A stretch of 32,130 nucleotides of DNA. Source: an uncultured archaeon (lineage in GTDB: Archaea; Thermoproteota; Nitrososphaeria; Nitrososphaerales; Gagatemarchaeaceae). How positions within the stretch are numbered: position 1 is the stretch's first letter; the number at the start of each line of letters is the position of its first letter. The notes beneath the pieces are model-generated. The model was not told the DNA's origin. It did no database searches and was given only the letters and a program-made list of their open reading frames with translations. The translations under genes were made by a program, and so were the position numbers. The stretch is taken from assembly GCA_963817525.1 (NCBI GenBank), contig CAWFOU010000004.1, positions 1 to 32,130 on the forward strand, written 5' to 3'. Positions 9,901-19,285 of the stretch are shown here, in pieces.

Positions 9901-12507
9901 AGAGGGGCGAATTGCACGCGTCGTCGGCGCAGAAGCGGACGTTCCCGAGGTTGGTCGCCTCATAAGAAGTGTACTGGGCAGGGTCCCAGGTCACCATCTG
10001 CTGGAAGGTCGCCGGGGTCGCCGATTGCGTGGCCGCCTGATCGCGTCGCCTATCTCTCCCCAAGAAGCGCTCCCGGAGGCCGTGAAGCTAGGGGTCTGGG
10101 ATCCGGTGGCGGTGACGAGCTTGTACTGAAGTGCGGAGTCCTGGGTCGTGCAGCAGAGCATGGTCGTATATCCGGACGCCCCCGCGGTTATCGTGTGGGA
10201 TGCGTCGGCCACCGTCCCTATGATGAGGTCGTCTGCATTGGTCGTCGTGAACGTCACGCTGGGGGCAGCGTTGGTGCCCGTCGCGGTCGGCGCCGTGGTC
10301 AGGTGAGGGTCGAAGGGCGAGGCGGTGTTCGCACCCGCGGCACCTATCTCCATGAGCCTGAGGTTCGTCGTGCTGTGGAAACCGGGGTTAGAGTTCACCG
10401 TGATGGTGTCCGAGGAGAGCGTGCTGGTCGCGATAGCGTAATACGTGTAGATGTCGTAGTTGCCCGAGGAGCTTATGGTCTGCCGTTGCGTCCACGCGAG
10501 GCCGGCGCTGTCGGAGATGCTCGAGAGGATGTTCCCTCCCGTGCTGTCAGTTATTGAGACATAGATGACGTCGTTGGTGTAAGAGGTCGAGACGGAGAGG
10601 GTGCAAGAGGTGGACGCGTCGCACTCGTTCGAGTTGGTCCCGTCGACCAGGGGTCCCGAGGCGCACGACGAGGAGGTCCCGACGATGGCGTCCGCGAGCA
10701 TCGCCCAGTCGTTGGATGAGGACGACAGGTCGTACGATATGGCGTCGCCGCTGGTAGTGGAGGAGACCTGGTCGTAGTCCGAGGAACCCTCGGCCTCGCT
10801 CAGGCTCCCGGCCGTGAGGACGTTTGCGATGTTGGTGAACCCCGTGGGGAAGCTGTTCACGGCCCCCGGCGTCTGGCTCACGGCCAGTCCGTCGATCAGC
10901 ATGTCGTTGCTGTTCGAGGTGGACTGGGTGACGCTCGGGGCGTTCGAGGTTCCGAATGCTGTTGGGTTTGCGCCGGAGTTGGAGTCGAACGGAGAAGACG
11001 TGTTCGCTCCCGAGATGCCGAATGCGATGACCGTGAACCTGTCGGAAGAGGTCGTGGTTACCGTGATCGTCCCCGAGAACGTGGATGAAGCTACTGCGTA
11101 CCACTCCTCAACGTCGGCGTAATAGTCCGGACTGACAAAGTTGGTCGCTGCGGCTCTCTTTGCGAACGATAGCCCGGAAGCCGTCACCGTCGAGACGATG
11201 TTGCTGGTGGTGGATCCTCCGCTGCCATCCGAAAGGGACGCGATGACCACTATGAGGTCGTTTGTGTGCGACGTGGTCAGCGTCCCTGTGGTCTGCGTGT
11301 TTGTAGCAGAGCCTCCAGAGCCAGCCGTGGTGTACCCGTCCAGTGCGAGCGACGAGATCGGGAGCTGGCAGTTGCTGACGGTCACCGGGACGTAGGTGTA
11401 TGGCTGCGTCGCGGGCCATCCCAGCCCGAGGACCAGGGTGTTCCCTGCCGTCACCGACGAGCTGTAGGCGAGGGCGCACGTGGCGGCGTTGCAGTTCGCC
11501 AGATACCTGTGCTGCACCAAGGCGGGCGTCGGGGGGTTCCACGTTACCGACTGGGACGCGCCCAGAGCGAAGGTGTCACCCCTGGTGTCGGTGGGGGCGG
11601 AGGGAGGGGCCTGGTTGGCCCATCCTATGGAATAGACCAGCTCGTGCCCCGCGGTGACAGACGAAGTAAATGCAAGGCCGCACGACGCCGCGTTGCAGTT
11701 AGAGGTGTACTTGTTCTGGACCAGCGCGGGAGAAGCAGAGACCGCCACGGAAGACGAAGCGCCGAGGCTGAAGAGGTCGCCGCGCGTGTCTGTCGGCACG
11801 CCCGAGGGCGGGGCGTTGTTGGCCCACCCTTCAGCATCGACCAGGATGTTTCCGGCCGTGACAGAAGAGGAGTATGCGAGGGCGCAGTTCTGGGAGTTGC
11901 AGTTGGCGACGTAGTTCTTCTGCACCAAGGAAGACGCCTCGGGGACCAGCTGGATCCACCTCAGGTTGTCGAGGTTCACCGTCACCGACTGGCTGGACCC
12001 GGATTGGGAGGCCGGCTCCGGGTAGCTCGCGGCATAGTTGTTGCCGCGCGCAGTTAGCACCTTGACCGTGTCGGTGGTGCCAGCGACGTAGATGTACCCG
12101 GTGTCGAAGGTGCCGGACCCGTCGCCCGCGTTCACTACCGCCCATAGGGAGGGCGTCGAGTTGCCGCACCCCGCCCCAGCCGGGAATCCGATCCCGTCGC
12201 ACTTTAGCAGGGCGCCCGTCGATGAGATGACAAGCACCGCCGTCATGTTGACCGTGACCGAAGAGGTGTTGTTGACGTAGAAGCCCACATCTCCGTCTGA
12301 CTTTAGGGTCGTGGTGACCGAGAGGCTCTCCTGCAGGGTCCCCTGGACCTTGTTGGTCGCTTTGAGGAGGCTCGAGACGTAGCTCGCGTTCTCAGAGCCG
12401 ATGAAGATGAAGTACGAAGTCCCGACGGTGAAGAGGATCGCGAACATTATCACCGTCGCGACGATGCCTGCGATGGCCCTCCTGGAGTTGCGCCTCTCGA
12501 ACTTCAA
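6950..12507 (-). CDS. Giant type IV pilin-like adhesin, paralog of 2490..6920, with a DUF2341-like insert; one frameshift at ~10039 (about 1852 aa if repaired)
   Basis: ORF 9991..12507 has a class III signal (SRRA|IAGIVATVIMF) and the same N-terminus as the paralog. ORF 6950..10063 has the same C-terminus (..VFMTFQHT). Adding one base at 10039 gives a continuous ..GDAIQAATQSATPATFQQ.. Confidence 0.83.
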
Positions 12508-12515
12508 GGCTCAGC

Positions 12516-13127
12516 TCACCTCTGCTGCGAGAACGTCACGGTGTTGCTGTAGAGGCCTGTAACCACGACCGTGTAGGTCGTGCCAGAGCCCGCGACCCCG
12601 AAAGTCTGCCCGTACGAGGGGCAGTTGCTGGTGGTCGGGGGGATCGTGAGCGTGTAGGACTGCTGGTTGGTCGTCTTGACGTTGGTCATCGTCACAGAAG
12701 GCGACTCGTATCCCGAAGCAGCGGTCTTGCACTGCGAGGTGAGCGTGCTCCTGAGGTCGTAGACGTAGTCCGCTTTGCTCGCGCCGGTCCCGCTAGAGGT
12801 GTAGAGCAGGTTGATGAGACCGAGCGAATCGTAGAGCCTGACTGAGTAGAGCTGCTCTGTGAGGCTGCCCGTGTTATAGATCCAGAAGGTGATGGAATTG
12901 GTCGAGGTGGTAGCCCCGAAGTACATGGTGGTGACCGTGAAGTGCTCACTCAGCATGTCGTTGGTGGCCACCGCGTTGCTGTTCAGGGCGCCCTCGCTGG
13001 CTCCCGCCTGGCTCTGCACAAATCCCCAGGCGGCGGCGCCCGCGACCAGGGTCATCGCGATGGCCAGCATGGCGCCGACTACTTCCGACGCAGCAACGCG
13101 CCCGCTGCGGCCACGAGAAAACTTCAA
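12516..13127 (-). CDS. Archaeal type IV pilin/archaellin-N-terminal-domain protein (minor pilin)
   Basis: Basic leader followed by ASEVVGAMLAIAMTLVAGAAAWGF; ITFWIYNTG and YTVVVTGLYSN strands are typical of the family. I prefer the TTG at 13127 (MKFSRGR.., as in the neighbour MKFERR) over the ATG at 13223 because a TATA box lies 28 nt upstream. Confidence 0.82.
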   Translation of the reverse strand: MKFSRGRSGRVAASEVVGAMLAIAMTLVAGAAAWGFVQSQAGASEGALNSNAVATNDMLSEHFTVTTMYFGATTSTNSITFWIYNTGSLTEQLYSVRLYDSLGLINLLYTSSGTGASKADYVYDLRSTLTSQCKTAASGYESPSVTMTNVKTTNQQSYTLTIPPTTSNCPSYGQTFGVAGSGTTYTVVVTGLYSNTVTFSQQR

Positions 13128-13154
13128 AGTCTGAGCTTTTTTGCGCGCTCTAGC

Positions 13155-13162
13155 TATATTAT
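13155..13162 (-). promoter_or_regulatory. Putative TATA box of the pilin/adhesin operon
   Basis: ATAATATA on the minus strand, 28 nt upstream of the TTG at 13127. Confidence 0.55.
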
Positions 13163-13356
13163 CGGTTATGGACTTGCAATCTGTATCACCACTATTGGGC
13201 GATTTGGGCCGAAAAAAGCCCATTTCTTCTGGAGAAGCTCCAAAGAGGTTGTCCGGGGATTCAGCCGCGCCCTACTGCCAGGAGTTAGTCGTTGCACGAA
13301 CAAATTCATAAACTATATATGGATACTCTAACAATGTTCTGGCTACACGAACCAGA

Positions 13357-13695
13357 ATGACATACCTGCAAAAACCGGCGGGCATGGCAGACGCGGCACA
13401 CACGTCGGCACGGAGAAGCGTGAGCAGGCGCTCACAACTGGAGATCCGAATGGACATCCTGAGGGCGATAATGGAAGGCGCCGAAGGACCAACGCAGATT
13501 ATGTACAAGGCGAATCTATCCTGGATCCTCCTATGCGACCATCTTAGCGCCCTCGGCGAGCAAGGGTTCGTCGGCGAAAAGACCGTTGGCAACCGTAAGA
13601 AGTACTCCTTGACGGGCAAGGGCATCGAGATTGTCGGTTCCTATCTCAACCTCATCAGGGAAATCATCTTCGACACGGCAGTAGCCCCGATGTGA
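13357..13695 (+). CDS. Winged helix-turn-helix transcriptional regulator (archaeal HTH_45-like)
   Basis: RRSQLEIRMDILRAI...GPTQIMYKANLSW..L..HL..L...G...YSLT.KG pattern. Divergent from the pilin operon, with TATATAT at 13314-13320. Start could be 13384. Confidence 0.88.
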   Translation: MTYLQKPAGMADAAHTSARRSVSRRSQLEIRMDILRAIMEGAEGPTQIMYKANLSWILLCDHLSALGEQGFVGEKTVGNRKKYSLTGKGIEIVGSYLNLIREIIFDTAVAPM

Positions 13696-13770
13696 CGTCC
13701 AAGAGCCTCCCTCCATAATTCTGTTATTAAACGACCGGGTCTCGTGGTTGCTTAAAGTTTAATACGCCAA

Positions 13771-14037
13771 ATGAGGCATTCTACGCCCGGCTACGTCATG
13801 GACGATGACGAGAGAGTCAGCGGCTCCTACGTGACTTGTAAGATTTGCCAGAAGGATTTCAGGGACCGCAGCGACCTCATCGAGCACCTTCGCACAGAGC
13901 ACGAGCTGCTGGAGCTCGCCTCCTACACGGCCGCGACGATGGCAGCCGAAGAGGAACGAGACAGGATGGCCGGAGAGTTCAAGCGCAGGTTCGAGCTGTT
14001 GAGGCGCGAGCTGGCGGGGCACGAGGCCGAAAGATGA
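13771..14037 (+). CDS. C2H2 zinc-finger protein
   Basis: CKICQKDFRDRSDLIEHLRTEH fits C-x2-C-x3-F-x5-L-x2-H-x4-H, followed by a charged helical tail. Confidence 0.8.
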   Translation: MRHSTPGYVMDDDERVSGSYVTCKICQKDFRDRSDLIEHLRTEHELLELASYTAATMAAEEERDRMAGEFKRRFELLRRELAGHEAER

Positions 14038-14099
14038 GCGGCGCGGGCTAGGATCGTCTACGACTTAATAAGGGCTGTAACCGCGAAGGCCCGTTCTCA

Positions 14100-14330
14100 A
14101 TGGCCGACGAGCCGATAATCGACATGACCAAGGTTTCGGACAAGGGTCAGGTGGTGATCCCCAAGGAAATCAGGGACAAGCTAAAGTTCAGCGAGGGATC
14201 GAAGCTGCTGGTCATCGCGACCGAAGACGCCGTCATCCTCCAGAGGATAGAGAGCGTCGCGGGGAAGATGAGGGTCAAGGACATCATGGAGAGGGTGCGC
14301 TCGATAGCTAGCAAGATCAGCCTGGGGTGA
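14100..14330 (+). CDS. AbrB/MazE/SpoVT family DNA-binding protein
   Basis: TKVSDKGQVVIPKEIRDKLKFSEGSKL signature; TTAATAA at ~14065-14071 upstream. Confidence 0.9.
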   Translation: MADEPIIDMTKVSDKGQVVIPKEIRDKLKFSEGSKLLVIATEDAVILQRIESVAGKMRVKDIMERVRSIASKISLG

Positions 14331-14362
14331 ACAAGCCAGCCCCTCTAGGCGGGGAAGCCGCG

Positions 14363-14596
14363 CTACGGCGAAATGTCCTGCCTGAGGCCGTGAGCCGTCG
14401 TCAGGTGCCCCCGGAAAGTGTCAGTGTCCCTCGCCGTCATGCCCTTCAGGGCAGGGTACACGCTAAGCACGAACCAGCAGAACGAGCAGGTCGTGACCGA
14501 AGACGCCTTGGGCTCGACCCTGGAGTATGCCCTTCGTTCCCCCTTGTCCGCAGAGGCTGTGCTGTTCATTGGTGAGTTCTTGATGAGCTCATGCAT
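14363..14596 (-). CDS. Small putative zinc-binding protein (CxxC...HxxxxH), paralog of 2029..2271
   Basis: CSFCWFVLSVYPALKGMTARDTDTFRGHLTTAHGL aligns without gaps to the first copy. Confidence 0.75.
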   Translation of the reverse strand: MHELIKNSPMNSTASADKGERRAYSRVEPKASSVTTCSFCWFVLSVYPALKGMTARDTDTFRGHLTTAHGLRQDISP

Positions 14597-14824
14597 ATTT
14601 CTGATTTCTAGCCGAAGGAGTCAGGGTGGGGTGTCAGCTTTCTGGATTCCGCGGGGAGAGGAGTCACTCCTGCCCCTCGGGAGACCAAGTAGCGTAGAAG
14701 GCAAGGGGCACCTGAGAATGTGAAGCACAGAGACGAGGCTCTGGGCTACTTTCCTAGCGGGGTAAGATGAGGGGCCATGGATATGGCCGCATTTCCTCAT
14801 CAAAAGTGTATGTGGGCGCGAGAC

Positions 14825-17457
14825 TTACTCGAACGACGTGTCGAATTCCTGGTCGCCGTCGGCTTTGCCGCCTTTCCTTTTCTTGACCAGGAAGACCGCG
14901 GCGACTGCTCCGCCGGCTCCTCCGACCGGAACCAAGAGCAGGGGGAAGGTCGTGAGTTCTTGAGTCAAACTAGCCTTAGATTTCTCCTCCTTGGCCGATG
15001 ATGATGGGGGGGCGGTCACCTGGACCGTGAAGTTAAGGGTCCGCGAGAGGAGGCCTCCCGGCGCGATCACGGCGGTAATCACCACCGAGCCAGTATGGGC
15101 TGGATGGAAGATCGCCACAGACGAGCCTGCCGTATCAGTCGTATCGTTGACTGCCGGCACGCCCGTGGGTTGGACGGCTATCGTCGACCTTGCGAGTTTC
15201 GTGCTCGTCGAAGACGCGGTGCTCGCCGTCGTGGTGCTTGATGAATTCGTGGGCCTGGGGTGACTATTATGAGTCCTCCGCTGGAAGCTTTCCAGTCGAC
15301 CGCAGTGCCTGCAAGAGGCGACCCGTCGAGAGCGACGTTCACGGAAATGACCGACGTTTCGTTCGTGAAGATGCTCGCAGGACCTCCAGTCATTGTCGCC
15401 CCGCCGGGAAAGGAGAGGAAATTGACCACAAGCGAGGTCGTCGAAAGTCCCGGCGTTGAGAGCGTGAGCGTCGTCCCGCCCGGTACTTTGGCCTCTAGAG
15501 GCAACGAAGCGTAATCCTGCCCAACCCCTATGACCGCCGTGAGTACCTTCGAAATCACCGTGCTGTTGGACGAAGTAATCGTGATATTCATCGGGGCCCT
15601 CGCTCGCGCTGGGTTGCCAGATGCGTCCACAAGTTGGACGGCCATGAGGGGCAGTTGGCGCGAAGTGCTTGGGGTGAACATGATCGTGTTGTCGTTCGGG
15701 GCGAATGCCGAAAGAGCGGACGGGGCAGGGATGACCGTTGACAGGTCGACAGACGAGCTTGCGTATCCGCTCGTGAACGAGGAGACCAGCGCGGTTACGT
15801 TGGTGCTTCCTTGCAGGATCCCTGCAGTCACGTTTACAACGGCAAACGTCTGACCCGCGGGGATTACGGCGTCGGCGACGCTAACGATTTGGTCTTGTGA
15901 TGAGGAAAGACCTACAGGAATGTCCGACGCTGCGACGGCCGGAGAGCCGGACGCGTCCTCCAGCGAGAGTTCTAGGGCCGGATGCGTTGCTCCGTCTGCG
16001 GGCAGGGGGGTCGAGATAGCGCTTACAATGACTTGCGAAGGTACCGCACCATAGGTTGCGAGCGAGGTCTCAGCCGGCAGGACGTTTTGCCCCGACGCAG
16101 TGAGAGTGGTTGTTCCGACTTGATAAGTCGAGGTGAAGGTTACCGCAGCCCAGTTTTGCCCCGTTGGAATGACAAAATTGATGCTTGTGAAATTCCCAAC
16201 CCCCGCTACCGAGGACGTGAGGGTCACCTCAGTGGGCCCGGTGGCGTTAACGGCGGGGGTGCCGCCGGGATTTTGAAGGGAGACGACAACCGAACTATAG
16301 GGACCGTGGTCGGCGAGCACGGGATTTGGTCCCGCGAAAATTTCAAGCTGGCAGGTTGTCGCTCCTCCTGATGTGCACAAGGCGGGGCTCACAAAGGACG
16401 GAGGGGAAATCGTGATGAGAGTAGAGCTTGATTGCAGGCCGGGCGAGCTTGCCGTGATGGTTGCCGTCCCCGCCGTGGCGGAGGTGACCGTGAAGGTTGC
16501 GAACGCTGAGATGCTACCTTCGGAGATTGTTGCGGTTTCGTTTGCATTTACGACCGCCAAGTCGGAGCTCCTGATTTGGACCTGAATGTTGCGAGTCGCC
16601 AAAGTGGGGTTCCCGTTCAGGTCGGTCAGTGCCACGACCAGGCGACCTACGCACGAGGTAACTTCCGATGAGCAAGCGACCATGTCGCCCGGTTGTGCTT
16701 GCAACTTGAGTTCAAGGGGAGGAGACCCTAAGACTGAAATCGTCGCCGTGCCCGAAGCGAATCCGGGCGCGGAAGCGGTGATTAGTGCCGAGCCAGGGAC
16801 AAAGCCGCTGGTGTAGTTTATCTCTTCCAGATATTCCCCTTGTTTCATTGCAGTAGTTGCTGCAGTCACGTTAACAACATTCGTGTTAGAAGAGTACAGC
16901 GAAATCGGGACGTCCGCAATGGCCTTCGCCGGTAGTCCTACATCGTCCTCGAGCTGAAGAATCAGGTAGCCCGTGCTCGCCGCACTAGCTGGGACCGTGT
17001 CCGGTACGGCCGTTATCACCAACTGTGTAGGATATCCGACCGCGATTACGGTAGTAACAGGAGTGGAAGCAGTTTTCAGGCCAGTAGACGTCGCGGTCAC
17101 CGTCGTCACCCCGGCTGTGTGGGTCGTCGTGAAGTTCGCTATAGCGTAGGTCTGACCTTCGGGAATCTCGACTTGCCCTGTGACGACTCCAACGTTCTCT
17201 TGAGACGAAGTCAGCGATACGTTGATTCCAGTAGGGGCGACAGTGGGTTCGCCGTTTGAGCCGACCACTGACACCACGACCGCCGGATAGGTGTTGTTGT
17301 CCGCGGGTAGACTCGGCGGTATAGTAGACATTGCGAGCGCAGATGGTATCAGAGACTGCGAAGCCGCCGCATGACCGGCGTTCAAGGGAAGTGCGCCGAC
17401 GATCGTAAGACCCAATAATAGGACGCCGATTCCTAGCACACGAGTCTTATTTCGCAA
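14825..17457 (-). CDS. Membrane-anchored surface protein with tandem Ig-like repeats; one frameshift at ~15257-15260 (about 877 aa if repaired)
   Basis: Sec-type signal peptide, then about six ~100-aa repeats (P..LPAD...G.P..A...I.V.L.SS...G...ITAS..G). Adding one base joins a Ser/Thr linker and ORF 14825..15160, which ends in a TM helix plus KKRK tail. Confidence 0.78.
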
Positions 17458-17485
17458 CTATTTCGCAAATCAACCTCGTATGATG

Positions 17486-17492
17486 ATATTTA
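17486..17492 (-). promoter_or_regulatory. Putative TATA box of the Ig-like surface protein gene
   Basis: TAAATAT 29 nt upstream of the TTG at 17457; the same heptamer precedes the pilin at 31999. Confidence 0.55.
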
Positions 17493-17551
17493 GAGGTGAT
17501 AGGCGTCATAGTCCAGATTTAGAATCTATCGCGACGCGAGGCAACGGTCCA

Positions 17552-19285
17552 CTAGAGCGGATGGTGGAGGATAACAGGCGCAAGTGCAACCATCATCGCA
17601 CCCACTATGACCAATGCCAGTGCATGCTTGAAGCCGTCAGCTACGCTGCCGCCGCCCATCTTGCCCGCGACGAATCCAATGACCCATCCGTCGAAGATCG
17701 AGGCAGTCAAGAGTGATTGGACGGTGGCGGGGGTGATCGTGATCAGATTGTTCGCCGTTGCGGCCGTCTCGCCAGCGAACTTTATCGGCGTGGAGAGGAA
17801 GTAGACCATCATGAAGGTCGTCATCACTAGGAGTATCGCCGCCATGTAGACCACGAATATATAAGACCTCAACGCCGCTCGCTTGTCGGCCTCGATCTCG
17901 TTCACCTTCCTCGTGAAGTCGGCCATCTGGGAAAAGCTGTTTACCGTGCCGCCTCCGACGTCGACGACCTCCACCATCAGTGTCCCAATGGCCATCGTGA
18001 TCCAGCTGTCGACCGATTCAGCAAACGTCTTGATGACCTTCACTATGGGTAGACCCCAAGAGATCTGCGACCCCATGGTCCTGATTGACTTGGATAGACG
18101 TCCGTAATTCTTCGACCCGAGCTGCTCGATGCTCCCCTCGGGCGAAAGGCCTATCTTTCGTCCCTCTGCCACGTCTCTTATGAAGTCAGGCAGCGCCTTT
18201 TCCAGACCCGTTCGCTCACGAGACTGCTGGAAGGCGACAATCGACGGGATTATCACGATCGAGCCGAGCGCCACGGAGACGTGAAGGCTGAGCTGCAGGG
18301 GGAGCGGGATCACGAACAACGCGAGCCCGATGGGCATGCAGGCCAACAGCACATAGTATGGGCGTTTGTTGAAGTAGGGCTGCTTGGGCTGCGTCCCGTC
18401 GATTATGAAGATGAACAGTCCAGACAGGCCAGGGACGCAAAGGTAGGAGAAGAGGAAGAGGGTCTGAAGTCCCGAGTTATTGTGGGCAATCACGCCCTCC
18501 AGTTGGAAGAGGCTGAAGAGTGTGATCCCCATTACCGCGGTCACTGTCAGGTATGCCTCGGCCAGAGTTCCAACGGAGTCGGTGATGCGCCTGACCTTCG
18601 ATGTACCCTGGTCGAGCGTCTCCTTGAGCTTGTTGTTAACATAGTTCTTTACGTCGCCTCCGACCTTCAATACGGTCGTGTAGCCGTAGAGAAACTCCTG
18701 GAACGATTTGTTCGGCATGTATTTTGCGGCGGTCTCGAAGGCGGTGATGGGGTCGGTTCCGAAGACATCTATGTCGACCAGGATCCTCTTAGCCTCCTTG
18801 GCGGAGGCGGGGAAGACCTTCCCCATACCGGATATCCTCCTCAGCGTGGAGATTGGAGAGACCCCTCCACCAGAGAGGACGCCCAAGAAGCCGATCAGCA
18901 TGGGCAGTTCGTTTTCCAAGGCCTCCGAACGGCCCAACTGAGAGATCTTGGCAGCGTTCCAAACTATGACGAACACTATCGGCGGCGCGACTACGACCAT
19001 GAACAAGAATATGATGTGCAGCATCAGGCCCAGAACTACACAAATCGCCACGGGGATAATGGAGAGGACAGTCGTGAAGAGGGCCAGTGAGACGAGCGCT
19101 TCCGGTGTGATTCGCAGGTTGGACTTCAATATCTCGTCCCTCATCTGGGGGGACGAAGCCGCGAATTTCTTTCCCTGCTTTCCGAACATCTTGTAGGCGG
19201 TTGACACCATCTTGTCGAAGAAGGTGAGCTTCGAGCCCTCTTTTGACGGGCGCGCCGTTTGGAGGGTGGCGGCGACCTGGCTCAA
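17552..19285 (-). CDS. Type IV pilus membrane platform protein (TadC/FlaJ-like, T2SS F family)
   Basis: Two T2SSF-like halves (LENELP...SGGGVSP; LEKALPDFIRDVAEG..IGLS; GFVAGKMG.GS...GFKH) with multiple TM helices; overlaps the stop of the ATPase gene. Confidence 0.92.
   Translation of the reverse strand: MSQVAATLQTARPSKEGSKLTFFDKMVSTAYKMFGKQGKKFAASSPQMRDEILKSNLRITPEALVSLALFTTVLSIIPVAICVVLGLMLHIIFLFMVVVAPPIVFVIVWNAAKISQLGRSEALENELPMLIGFLGVLSGGGVSPISTLRRISGMGKVFPASAKEAKRILVDIDVFGTDPITAFETAAKYMPNKSFQEFLYGYTTVLKVGGDVKNYVNNKLKETLDQGTSKVRRITDSVGTLAEAYLTVTAVMGITLFSLFQLEGVIAHNNSGLQTLFLFSYLCVPGLSGLFIFIIDGTQPKQPYFNKRPYYVLLACMPIGLALFVIPLPLQLSLHVSVALGSIVIIPSIVAFQQSRERTGLEKALPDFIRDVAEGRKIGLSPEGSIEQLGSKNYGRLSKSIRTMGSQISWGLPIVKVIKTFAESVDSWITMAIGTLMVEVVDVGGGTVNSFSQMADFTRKVNEIEADKRAALRSYIFVVYMAAILLVMTTFMMVYFLSTPIKFAGETAATANNLITITPATVQSLLTASIFDGWVIGFVAGKMGGGSVADGFKHALALVIVGAMMVALAPVILHHPL

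Noticed and set aside
2344-12280. Many overlapping ORFs such as 2344..3336, 6923..8080 and 11266..12057
   Set aside because: Arg/Gly-rich shadow frames expected from GC-rich codon bias, fully overlapping the well-supported pilin genes.
2490-12507. CRISPR array or diversity-generating retroelement behind the repeats
   Set aside because: The repeats are in-frame coding units with mostly synonymous differences; there are no spacers, no reverse transcriptase and no adenine-specific variation.
13128-13223. N-terminal extension of the minor pilin from ATG 13223
   Set aside because: It would give an unusually long class III leader and spans the TATA box that fits the TTG start at 13127.
14100-14330. 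Toxin-antitoxin module
   Set aside because: The AbrB-like gene has no adjacent PIN or MazF toxin; the downstream gene is convergent and unrelated.
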